A DNA stretch of 64,000 nucleotides, taken from contig JALSOH010000004.1 in assembly GCA_026986575.1 (NCBI GenBank), positions 416,001 through 480,000 on the forward strand. Direction: 5' to 3'. The stretch's first letter is position 1. Each line of letters starts with the position of its first letter. Below the pieces are notes generated by a model, which saw only the letters and a list, made by a program, of their open reading frames with translations, did not search any database and was not told the DNA's origin. This document shows positions 55,987 through 64,000 of this stretch, piece by piece. Made by a program: the position numbers and the translations under genes. The stretch is from Thermoproteota archaeon. GTDB taxonomy: Archaea > Korarchaeota > Korarchaeia > Korarchaeales > Korarchaeaceae.

Positions 55987-58941
55987 CTAACCACTGTACT
56001 TTACGGCGATCTCATCCAGCTGAATCTTGCCGTCTCCATTCTGGTCTGCCCACTGGATTATCGCCCAAGTCGAACCGGTGAGCTGTGCCACGTTCTTGGC
56101 TAGGAAGAGGGCCGCAGCCTCGGTTCCATATCTTGTGCCTCCTTCTATCAGCACTACTTTCCTACCCGATATCTCGCCGATTGCTATCACTGCAATGTCT
56201 GCCTTACCGAAATCAGAGCGCTTTATTGAAAGACTCTTCCCGTTGACGCTTATGGTTATAGTCGGATATGTCTTTATCTCTATTCCGAGAGGCTTGTTAT
56301 AAGTAGCCGCTAAGATGTTCACCTTGGGACCACCTATTACGAAGAGGTCTCCATCAGGCTGATCAGAGAGTGACTTCACGAGAACAGCGTCGTTAAGGCC
56401 AAATGCGTCCCTAAGTATATTAGCAGCAGCCCTATCGTTCTCACTACCTATGACTGGAGTCCCGCTTATAGTCTCAGCGGCAGACAGGTCTAGAGAGCTC
56501 TGACCCGTTATGAAGAAGCTTGCCTTGGCATAAGCCCATGCGCTGGAGTACCTGCTGGCAGCCCTCACCTGTATCTCTGCAGGCCCGCTTATCCAAGCAG
56601 CCATCATACCAGGGGTCAAGTTAACTACGAAGATCCCAGGAGTTTCAGATGGTTTCGCCACTCCCTTAGCAAGCACTCTACCGGAAGTCAGCAGACCCCT
56701 TGATACTATCTTGTAGTGAACTTCTGCCTCGTTAGACGGTTCTCCACCAACCAAGACCCTTATCTTTATCACAGATCCCTGGGCCTTGTCTATTATCGGT
56801 TCCACCATTATACCAGCTATCTCAGCCATCTTAGCGTACTTGAAGTCAGCCCACTTCTCAGGACTGAACGGGTAGTCCCTGTTAGCTACTAGGTGTATGA
56901 ACCTGTTAGTAGGATCGAACTTATCGAGTATGTAGGGCCCATTCGAGATCACGGCATGTCCATGCTTGTCGATGAACTGTATGGCCTTATCGTAGTCGCT
57001 GAGAATTGAATCCGCCGATATCTTGTATCCTGGTATCTTGAGAATCTCCTCGGGTACATAACCTTTCTGCTTGAGCTCCTGAAGCTTAGCTTTTATGTCC
57101 ATTGCTATATTCTTACTGAGAGGATCTAGCTGGTCGACTCCCTTATAGGAAGACACAGCCTCGGAGAAAGCGTACTTACCCTCGGCCACAAGCTGCTCTA
57201 ATGCTATCGAGAGGTGCATCGGAAAGTCTGGCCAGTAGAGCGCGGTAGCAGCTATCTCCTTATCATCGAAGTGCCAATAATCCAAGTAAACCTCTATTGC
57301 GGTGGAGTTTATCACTTTTATCCCCTTTATCAGGCGTATTGAGTCCCCTAGGTAGGAAGCTATCGTGGAGTCGTAGTACGGGTCTGGATGGCCTGGCGTG
57401 CTATCATCAGAGGTCCATTCCCACAGCCAGTAGTACAAATACAGGACATCCGCCAAGGTGACATCAGCACCGTCGTGCCACTTGCCAAGCACGTAATTAG
57501 CAATAACCTTTGCCTTTGCCTTCACACCACTGCCCACCTCCTTCCACTGGTTGGCTTTAGAGTCCCACACGAAGGCATCGTTAGGGACATCTATCTCCTT
57601 AGGACCTGTGGCTGGATCGTAGTTATAGGATACGGTGAATGTGGCTCTCCACGGGTAGATCTCGCCGGTAAACGGGTGACGCGTTACCGCTCCTGGATCG
57701 GTTATAGCATTCCAGACTGCATCCGAGTAGAACCCAGTTGGGCCTAGGTATCTAGTGTAGGCGCTCATGGCCGTCCTAGGCATGTACTTGGCTCCCACGT
57801 AGAGCACATCGGATCCGGGCTTGTAAGCTGACATGTAATTGAATCTAGTTATCATCCCTGAACCAGGACCACAGACTATATCCTTCACATCCTTTCTAGC
57901 TGCGTAAGACTCGGCAGTGGTGGCGACGAATACCCTTATGGACTCTTCCAGCCCTATAAGGGTGAGCTTCCTCATTGCCTCATCTCTGTCATACTTGGAG
58001 ATGAATTTGCCTAGAGCAAGTTTGTCTCCCAGCTTATCGGCCGTGGCGTTCTGGTAATTCCACCATGCTGGATTACCCAGTCCAGGGAAGTATCCCCACT
58101 TTGGTGAGTAGAAGAATGCTATGTCTCCCTCATTATACTTCGAGAATGTACCGAATCCCCAACCTTCTGTGTAAACATGCCATTTGCCGTCCATAGGATC
58201 AGTTAGATACACGGTGGGTATGGCGAAGTCGAAATTAGCATATACCCTGTCGACCTCGATACCGAAGTCCTCTAAGGTGTTAGCAAAGAAGTCTCCCAAT
58301 AACTTTCTTTCATCTTCTACCCTTATTATGACCTTGACCTTGATGGGCTCGCCGTTGTAGTACCACTTACCCCCTTTCTTCACTGCACCAGCATCTAACA
58401 AGGCCTTAGCCATAAGAGCCCTTCCCTTGGTTTCATCGTACCTTATGCCCAGCTGATCCACTATATCACCAATTACACCGTAATCGTACTGCACTGGTAC
58501 TATCGGAGCGACCATAGGTATTCCTTGGCCTTTCAGCTGCTCGTTAACATAGGCCTCTCTGTCAACCAAGTATTGTAGGCCGAACCTGAACTCTCTCAGG
58601 GCGAAGGGATTGAAGTGCCCTCCAGCATTGGGTGCGGGGTTGAAATATAGGTCGTGTATTCCTGATAGTGGGTTGAAGTATATCTTGATATTAGGATCTT
58701 TCTTCAGATCCTCTACTAACTCGTATGGGATTCTCCAGTAGTGCCAATCTATCTCTCCTTTCCTCACGGCGAGCATAGCGGCTTGGTCATCTATGTACTC
58801 CTTGAAGTAGATCTCATTGGTGACTGGACCCTTGCCAGGCGCAGCTAATACGTTAGCGAAAGGAACCACTAGAAGCACAAGCAGTAGGAGAGCTGCCGTT
58901 CTCACTAGGACTTTTCTCCGTAACATCATGAGTTCATACAA
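55987..58941 (-). CDS. oppA: Family 5 ABC substrate-binding protein (OppA) with C-terminal S-layer-like domain
   Basis: Signal peptide, FNP...NPF, WHDG..VT.AD, SNGPY.L. C-terminal IGGP.VN and GGTRYGT.AA motifs. Confidence 0.85.
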   Translation of the reverse strand: MYELMMLRRKVLVRTAALLLLVLLVVPFANVLAAPGKGPVTNEIYFKEYIDDQAAMLAVRKGEIDWHYWRIPYELVEDLKKDPNIKIYFNPLSGIHDLYFNPAPNAGGHFNPFALREFRFGLQYLVDREAYVNEQLKGQGIPMVAPIVPVQYDYGVIGDIVDQLGIRYDETKGRALMAKALLDAGAVKKGGKWYYNGEPIKVKVIIRVEDERKLLGDFFANTLEDFGIEVDRVYANFDFAIPTVYLTDPMDGKWHVYTEGWGFGTFSKYNEGDIAFFYSPKWGYFPGLGNPAWWNYQNATADKLGDKLALGKFISKYDRDEAMRKLTLIGLEESIRVFVATTAESYAARKDVKDIVCGPGSGMITRFNYMSAYKPGSDVLYVGAKYMPRTAMSAYTRYLGPTGFYSDAVWNAITDPGAVTRHPFTGEIYPWRATFTVSYNYDPATGPKEIDVPNDAFVWDSKANQWKEVGSGVKAKAKVIANYVLGKWHDGADVTLADVLYLYYWLWEWTSDDSTPGHPDPYYDSTIASYLGDSIRLIKGIKVINSTAIEVYLDYWHFDDKEIAATALYWPDFPMHLSIALEQLVAEGKYAFSEAVSSYKGVDQLDPLSKNIAMDIKAKLQELKQKGYVPEEILKIPGYKISADSILSDYDKAIQFIDKHGHAVISNGPYILDKFDPTNRFIHLVANRDYPFSPEKWADFKYAKMAEIAGIMVEPIIDKAQGSVIKIRVLVGGEPSNEAEVHYKIVSRGLLTSGRVLAKGVAKPSETPGIFVVNLTPGMMAAWISGPAEIQVRAASRYSSAWAYAKASFFITGQSSLDLSAAETISGTPVIGSENDRAAANILRDAFGLNDAVLVKSLSDQPDGDLFVIGGPKVNILAATYNKPLGIEIKTYPTITISVNGKSLSIKRSDFGKADIAVIAIGEISGRKVVLIEGGTRYGTEAAALFLAKNVAQLTGSTWAIIQWADQNGDGKIQLDEIAVKYSG

Positions 58942-59152
58942 AGGGGATCACCCTAGTTAGATCCAGTCTATCAGACTAATTTAAAAATTCACCGAGTGAG
59001 ACCGTTCCTCAAAAACCCACTTCTTCCTTATACATAGATAGCCCGCTTACTAAAGTGAGGTGAGAATATCTGCTCTTAAAATAGAGGATTGTAAAGCCAT
59101 AGGGAGATTTATTTCCGCAGGAAAAAACACCGTATTCACAGCTATACTCATA

Positions 59153-59196
59153 GAGAAATTAATGAGAAATTAATGAGAAATTAGAAGAAAATAAAT
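59153..59196. repeat. 11-bp tandem repeat GAGAAATTAAT (two exact, two degenerate copies)
   Basis: gagaaattaat-gagaaattaat-gagaaattaga-agaaaataaat. Confidence 0.7.
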
Positions 59197-59257
59197 GAAA
59201 TCTTTCCCATAGAAGACAAAGAACACTAGATTTACCGAGCATATCGGGATCACCTCT

Positions 59258-60055
59258 TCATTTTTCTCGCTTCCGAGAGCGTTTCTTCTTGGAACGGACC
59301 CTAAAGTACAAAATAACCCCGCTAACTGCAATAAAAGATATAGAGATAACAGCAATAACGGTATAACTATTTATCTCGGTTTTACCAACGACTGGGGCAT
59401 TGGTTTGCGTTCCGCTATCTTTCAAAGCCTCTATTATCTCTTTCAAAGAACTTTCATTTTTCTCTGAAAATCTCTTTTCTAGTTTAATAATATTGGTATC
59501 TATAAGAGTATACATATATCTACTGAGCTGTATGGCCTTTCCACCAAAAGCAGCCTCTCTAGCCATGGCTATCTCTCCTAGAACAAGGCCACTATTTGTC
59601 TCTACCCATTTGACCACGTTATATTCACCCATCTGATTTCTCAATGTGTACTTCCATCTATACGCAGAGAATGTACCCACCTGTAGCCTAAGAGCTTCAG
59701 ATGAAAGGAACTTAGAGAGATTCCTCAACTGGGACGGTGTAGCATAGAATGAAAAAACGCTGGGGAGCTCTCTGCATGCATTGTAGGAGAATTCTACTGT
59801 AAAGTTGCTCGTGCCTGTAGATCTATATCTACCCTTTACCATTCCTTTCTCATCGATACGATCTATTGAAATACTTATGACGTTCCGTTCAATAAGTACG
59901 TCTCCCCTAGTTACCGTAAACAAGTACCTGGCGTAAACTCCAGATTTTAACCATGCAGGGGCGTCGCAATCAGTTCCATACGCAGAAATCTCTACATAAG
60001 CTAGAATCGAAAATGCAACCAGAGCTATTAAGATGGTGAATCTCACCTTCTTCAT
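59258..60055 (-). CDS. Secreted, C-terminally membrane-anchored hypothetical protein
   Basis: Signal peptide, PAWLKSGVYARY motif, C-terminal TM helix and very basic tail. Confidence 0.7.
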   Translation of the reverse strand: MKKVRFTILIALVAFSILAYVEISAYGTDCDAPAWLKSGVYARYLFTVTRGDVLIERNVISISIDRIDEKGMVKGRYRSTGTSNFTVEFSYNACRELPSVFSFYATPSQLRNLSKFLSSEALRLQVGTFSAYRWKYTLRNQMGEYNVVKWVETNSGLVLGEIAMAREAAFGGKAIQLSRYMYTLIDTNIIKLEKRFSEKNESSLKEIIEALKDSGTQTNAPVVGKTEINSYTVIAVISISFIAVSGVILYFRVRSKKKRSRKREK

Positions 60056-60154
60056 CAGAATGTCAGATCACCTCCAGCAATTTAAGCACGAGGAGCTCTG
60101 CTAACTGCGTGAATTACACCAAACATTTTAACATATTAAGTCGACCCTCGTGAG

Positions 60155-61498
60155 GTGAGTGCGATGGATGTCCCAAGGATAGTTGTACCTCCTCCAGGCC
60201 CAAACGCTAGGAAAATATTAGAGAGGGACTCTAAGGTCATCTCTCCATCCTATGTTCGGTTTTATCCTCTCGTAGTAGACAAGGGTCAGGGCTCGCTACT
60301 CTTCGATGTTGATGGGAACATCTATATAGACCTGAACTCCGGGCTTGGAGTGATGAACATAGGCCATTCTCATCCTGAAGTGGTGGAAGCGATTAAAAGA
60401 CAGGCCGAAAAACTCCTTCACTACTCGAACACGGACTTTTATTACGAGGAATCGGTAATCTTTGCTGAGAAGCTTATCTCGATATCACCGGGGAACTACA
60501 ACAAGAAAATCTTTTTCTCCAACAGTGGAACTGAGTCTGTCGAAGCGGCCATAAAGCTAGCTAGATGGCGTACGAGAAGGCAATATATTATAGGTTTCAT
60601 AGGAGCCTTCCATGGAAGGACTTATGGATCCCTAAGCATCACCTCCAGCAAGCCAGTTCAACGCGCTGGCTTCTCTCCTTTGGTGCCGGGCATAGTGCAC
60701 GTACCCTACCCATATCCCTACAGGTGCCCCTTCGGAGCGCCGCCTGATGACCCAGAGGAATGCGCCAATCGTGCTATCGCCTTTATAGAGGACTGGGTCT
60801 TCGGGAAGTTCGTCCCGCCTGAGGAAGTCGCAGCATTCATATTCGAACCAATTCAGGGGGAGGGAGGTTATATTGTCCCTCCAGACAACTTCATTCCCCA
60901 ACTCAGAAAGCTCGCTGACGAGTATGGTATACTGCTGATAGACGACGAGGTTCAGGCCGGCATGGGCAGGACTGGGAAGTGGTGGGCCATCCAGCACTTC
61001 GGAGTCGATCCCGATATCCTTACCAGCGCCAAGGCTTTGGGTGGTGGACTTCCAATAGGGGCCACGATAGCGAGGGAGGATGTGATGATATGGCCGGGTG
61101 GATCTCACGCCTCCACATTCGGAGGTAATCCTGTATCCTGCGCTTCTGGCTTGGCCACGATAAACGTGATAGAGAGAGAGATGCTGGTGGAGAGGGCCGC
61201 AGTACTGGGTAAGAAGGTGATGAAGCTGCTTAACGAGTGGAGGGAGAAGTACGAGATAGTGGGTGATGTAAGGGGCAAGGGCCTCATGATAGGAATAGAG
61301 ATCGTGAAGGATAAGGCCAGCAGGAAGAAGGCCCCAGATCTGGCTCACGAGATAATGATGAGGGCTTGGAAGTCGGGTGTAGCGATAATAACTGCGGGAG
61401 TGAACGCTCTCAGGGTATTCCCACCACTGAACATAGAGGAAGAGTATCTGTTCAGGGCCCTAGAGATAGTGGAGGACAAGATAAAGGAGGTCTCATAA
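60155..61498 (+). CDS. Class III PLP aminotransferase (ornithine/4-aminobutyrate aminotransferase family)
   Basis: DVDGN.YID, NSGTES.EAA, FHGRT.G, EPIQGEGG, DEVQAGMGRTG, SAKALGGG, STFGGNP. Confidence 0.92.
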   Translation: MSAMDVPRIVVPPPGPNARKILERDSKVISPSYVRFYPLVVDKGQGSLLFDVDGNIYIDLNSGLGVMNIGHSHPEVVEAIKRQAEKLLHYSNTDFYYEESVIFAEKLISISPGNYNKKIFFSNSGTESVEAAIKLARWRTRRQYIIGFIGAFHGRTYGSLSITSSKPVQRAGFSPLVPGIVHVPYPYPYRCPFGAPPDDPEECANRAIAFIEDWVFGKFVPPEEVAAFIFEPIQGEGGYIVPPDNFIPQLRKLADEYGILLIDDEVQAGMGRTGKWWAIQHFGVDPDILTSAKALGGGLPIGATIAREDVMIWPGGSHASTFGGNPVSCASGLATINVIEREMLVERAAVLGKKVMKLLNEWREKYEIVGDVRGKGLMIGIEIVKDKASRKKAPDLAHEIMMRAWKSGVAIITAGVNALRVFPPLNIEEEYLFRALEIVEDKIKEVS

Positions 61499-61540
61499 TT
61501 ACCTATGCGCCTTATCCTTCTTTCTTTCCCTCTAACTCCT

Positions 61541-61987
61541 TTATTCTCCGCCTGATCCTTGAAGTAGCTTATTGACTACATCCCTGAGTTCTCCCTTCTC
61601 CCTCGGGATATCGTACTCCATGCACATCAGGTCAGCAGCTTCCGCGTACTTACCTTGGATCCTCATGCCCGATTTGCAGTAGATCCTCTTCTTCCTAGCT
61701 TGGTAGCATATCTCGCAGATGAGGATGGAGAGGTCCTTCTTAGTGAGGTCCTTGTTTATCAGTCCGGTGGCTATCCTGTTGACTATCCTCATGATCTCCT
61801 TATCGTTCCTCAGATCTATTATGTTGCCCCTTGCCCCCCTCAGGTACTGGCTTATGGCAGCTTGGGTAACCCCAAGCATCTTAGCCACGTCTGTCTGTCT
61901 GAGCTTATACTTAGTTATGAGTTCCTTGGCTACTAGGGCCCTCACGGATGGGATGAGCGTTTTAACCACGAGTTCGCACGGCTGTAT
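61541..61987 (-). CDS. XRE-like HTH transcriptional regulator (COG2522 type) with Cys cluster; probable ATA start
   Basis: (I)QPCELVVKTLIPSVRALVAKEL...QTDVAKMLGVTQAAISQYL.G.RG...CEIC...C...C. GGTGA RBS lies 9 nt before ATA. Confidence 0.8.
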   Translation of the reverse strand: MQPCELVVKTLIPSVRALVAKELITKYKLRQTDVAKMLGVTQAAISQYLRGARGNIIDLRNDKEIMRIVNRIATGLINKDLTKKDLSILICEICYQARKKRIYCKSGMRIQGKYAEAADLMCMEYDIPREKGELRDVVNKLLQGSGGE

Positions 61988-62007
61988 CGTTCCCTATCAC
62001 CTACTAT

Positions 62008-62033
62008 AACATATGTTTTCGTTATATATAACG
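62008..62033. promoter_or_regulatory. Palindromes AACATATGTT and CGTTATATATAACG in the regulator promoter
   Basis: Two perfect palindromes (10 and 14 bp) immediately upstream of the RBS; the second contains a TATA-like core. Confidence 0.5.
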
Positions 62034-62090
62034 GTATCCGTTCAGTAAAATGGGACCTTTTGCTATTTATACCCCACGTCATAAAAAATA

Positions 62091-63197
62091 TTAGGACGTG
62101 GAAATGACCACCTTGCCATTCTTCTCGAGATCCCTCACCATCTGTGGCATTACCGCCCATGTGCTGTGAACAACTACCTCTCCCCATCCAGAGTCAATCA
62201 ATTCCCTCGACAGACTGAACATGAGCAGCTTGTCGAACTCGCTCTCGTTAGAGAGAGCTCTCTCATCGCTGAGCAGCTTAATCATCGTTGCTGCCACTAG
62301 GGAGTCCTCCAACCTCTCAGCGAGCTTGCCTTTACCCTTGGGATCTGCTGGAAGCCTAGCATTCCTGACGAACTCCCTATCTATCTCCTCCATGATCTCA
62401 CTGGCAATGAGGGATAACTTAGCCTCCGTTTCCTTGAGAGCGAGTCTCTCCTCGTCTATGGGCAGCTCTTTAGCGACTACTTCGGCCTCTCTGTCTAAGA
62501 GTTCCTGGATCTCCGCTCTCCTGATGTCTATATAGTCCAATGCCTCCAGCTTAACCTCATTAAATGTCCTCCACCTCAAGAGGTTAACCGGCTCCTCCGG
62601 TACTATCTCATCCGGATCGTATCTGACCTCCTCCGTGGAGTGCATCGCATCTAAGATCTCATCCAGATCGAAGAATACGCTGGCCTCCCTTATAGCGGCT
62701 GCGGGATCATCCGCAGCATGTATGATGTTAAGCACCCTGTTGGTGCCCTTCAAGTCATACCTCAGGTTCCCCGGTTTACCAGCATCTGGTGTCGTTGGAC
62801 CGATTATGTCTCTCAACTTGGCGCTCAGGTGCTCGAACTCCCCAGGGTCCCCAACTAGGATCATCGGGATCACAGGGGCCTGACTGAACACCTTGGGCAT
62901 GATCCACCAAGAATCGAAGTACTTCTGCTTCACGAACATGTAGAGCTCATCAATGAGGGTCTCATCCATCTCGGTGACCTTCATGGCAACGGGAATAAGT
63001 CCGGATTCCTTCAGCCTGCTTATGACCTCTGGAGCGAGACCTCGCACGAACGCATCTGGCTTCACCATGGCGAAGGTCATCTTGGGTAGTGAGGAGATGT
63101 GCTCATCGTCAGCCTCGGAGACGAACTTCTCCTTAAGCTCCGCGAAGACAGGCCTCTCGACCTCATCTTCCCTCTCGAAGTAGGCCAGTGGATCCAT
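62091..63197 (-). CDS. Nucleoside-diphosphate kinase domain protein with long C-terminal extension
   Basis: TFAMVKPDA..RGL, LR.IIG.T.P, PG.LR.D, NIIHAAD...A.RE. ATG 63197 lies behind GGTGA. Confidence 0.8.
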   Translation of the reverse strand: MDPLAYFEREDEVERPVFAELKEKFVSEADDEHISSLPKMTFAMVKPDAFVRGLAPEVISRLKESGLIPVAMKVTEMDETLIDELYMFVKQKYFDSWWIMPKVFSQAPVIPMILVGDPGEFEHLSAKLRDIIGPTTPDAGKPGNLRYDLKGTNRVLNIIHAADDPAAAIREASVFFDLDEILDAMHSTEEVRYDPDEIVPEEPVNLLRWRTFNEVKLEALDYIDIRRAEIQELLDREAEVVAKELPIDEERLALKETEAKLSLIASEIMEEIDREFVRNARLPADPKGKGKLAERLEDSLVAATMIKLLSDERALSNESEFDKLLMFSLSRELIDSGWGEVVVHSTWAVMPQMVRDLEKNGKVVISTS

Positions 63198-63201
63198 TAG
63201 A

Positions 63202-64000
63202 TCACCCCTTGACCTTAAATATGGCCACCTCGACATACCCTTTATTCTTACCCACGTGAACCAAGTCAAAGTAGTTCAGCTTGGCTCCACCTATCGCGTT
63301 CAGGGCCATCTTGTATAGAGTGGTATTCAGCGTGTAGTCCGTGGGAACGGAGCGTCCCGTAGTTCTGTCGTAGATGAAGAACTTCTGCAGATCCTGGGCG
63401 AACCACTTCCTGGCCTCGTCAGGTCTATAGGGGCTGTGCTGGAACTCTCCAGCTATCCAAGCCATGGCTACCCACTTACCCCCTCCTGAGAACTGCCCCA
63501 CTTCTCTGGGCACATCAACAACGACGTAGGTGGCGTTAAACCTACTTACTAGGTCTAACATTCTCTCCTCGGGACCGATGAAGGCCCTTGCCACTAACCT
63601 TATCTGGGTGGAGTTTATGGTGAGTCCGTCCACCATCGTTATCTTCCCCGCTCCGGTCTGCATCCAGTAACCGTAGTCCCACCAAGATACCACGACCTCA
63701 TCGGGCTTTGTATTCTGCTTCAACCACTCCAACGCATCCTTCCATCCCTCGGTGAAGCCGAGCGGGTACTCCATGGCCTCTTGGAAGGTAAGGACGTACT
63801 CTGAGTGTCCAGCGCCGTAATTCCTTATGTGGCCCTGGAAGGCAACTGGAAGCACTACTAGGAGGATCATCATCGTGACAGGAACCTTCATCATTCCCAG
63901 CTTCTTGGACATAGGAAGACTACCGCCCCTTCTCTTCTTAGCCCTCTCCAAGGATCTTATCTTTTTCATATAAGGTTCTGAGAACACCACTATCCTGTAA
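63202..64000 (-). CDS. aglB: Oligosaccharyltransferase AglB/STT3 (C-terminal part, 5'-truncated)
   Basis: W..AL.WL..NT, VVSWWDYGYW, DG.T.N, ATYVVV, KW.AM..IA. Confidence 0.9.
   Translation of the reverse strand, partial: YRIVVFSEPYMKKIRSLERAKKRRGGSLPMSKKLGMMKVPVTMMILLVVLPVAFQGHIRNYGAGHSEYVLTFQEAMEYPLGFTEGWKDALEWLKQNTKPDEVVVSWWDYGYWMQTGAGKITMVDGLTINSTQIRLVARAFIGPEERMLDLVSRFNATYVVVDVPREVGQFSGGGKWVAMAWIAGEFQHSPYRPDEARKWFAQDLQKFFIYDRTTGRSVPTDYTLNTTLYKMALNAIGGAKLNYFDLVHVGKNKGYVEVAIFKVKG

Noticed and set aside
60155-61498. Class III enzyme as a PLP-dependent amino-acid racemase
   Set aside because: It has EPIQGEGG. As I recall, racemase and epimerase members of this fold carry Asp at that position (QGD), so an aminotransferase is more likely. 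Not decisive without a phylogeny.
184-63183. Many antisense or overlapping ORFs in the six-frame track (e.g. 184-804, 2223-2831, 4455-5036, 18508-19167, 36654-37253, 60632-61348)
   Set aside because: Shadow ORFs opposite well-supported genes, with Ser/Pro/Leu-rich composition and no motifs.
1-64000. CRISPR array, cas genes, transposases, integrases, inteins, rRNA
   Set aside because: No regularly spaced repeats or diagnostic motifs were seen. Rgy, GltX, HerA and GuaB are of normal length, with no intein.

Overview
Gene-dense 64-kb segment of a hyperthermophilic archaeal chromosome. Markers are reverse gyrase, an archaeal histone, AglB, geranylgeranyl reductase, GGPP synthase, Tsr3, NreA and an archaeal-type GluRS. 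Gene content and the AGG/ATA-rich codon style suggest a TACK lineage such as Korarchaeota, which is an inference only. It holds about 55 CDS, mostly housekeeping, plus one tRNA-Asn(GTT). I saw no CRISPR array, transposase, integrase, intein or rRNA. Observations most worth following up: (i) an uncharacterised three-gene operon (two small proteins sharing a motif plus a wHTH regulator) divergent from an ABC-2 exporter and COG1361 surface protein, with phased GTGATCAC-like operator repeats between them; (ii) a mevalonate-kinase-like GHMP enzyme lacking both canonical catalytic residues, divergent from ino1 across a very AT-rich 460-bp gap; (iii) a herA-nurA pair without mre11/rad50; (iv) an RNase HIII-type enzyme with a clipped C-terminus; (v) an NDP kinase with a long C-terminal extension directly behind aglB; (vi) a probable ATA start codon; (vii) a degenerate first zinc finger in reverse gyrase; (viii) two neighbouring single-G frameshifts (tpt1 and asparaginase) that may be assembly errors. 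All family calls come from motif recognition, not database searches.
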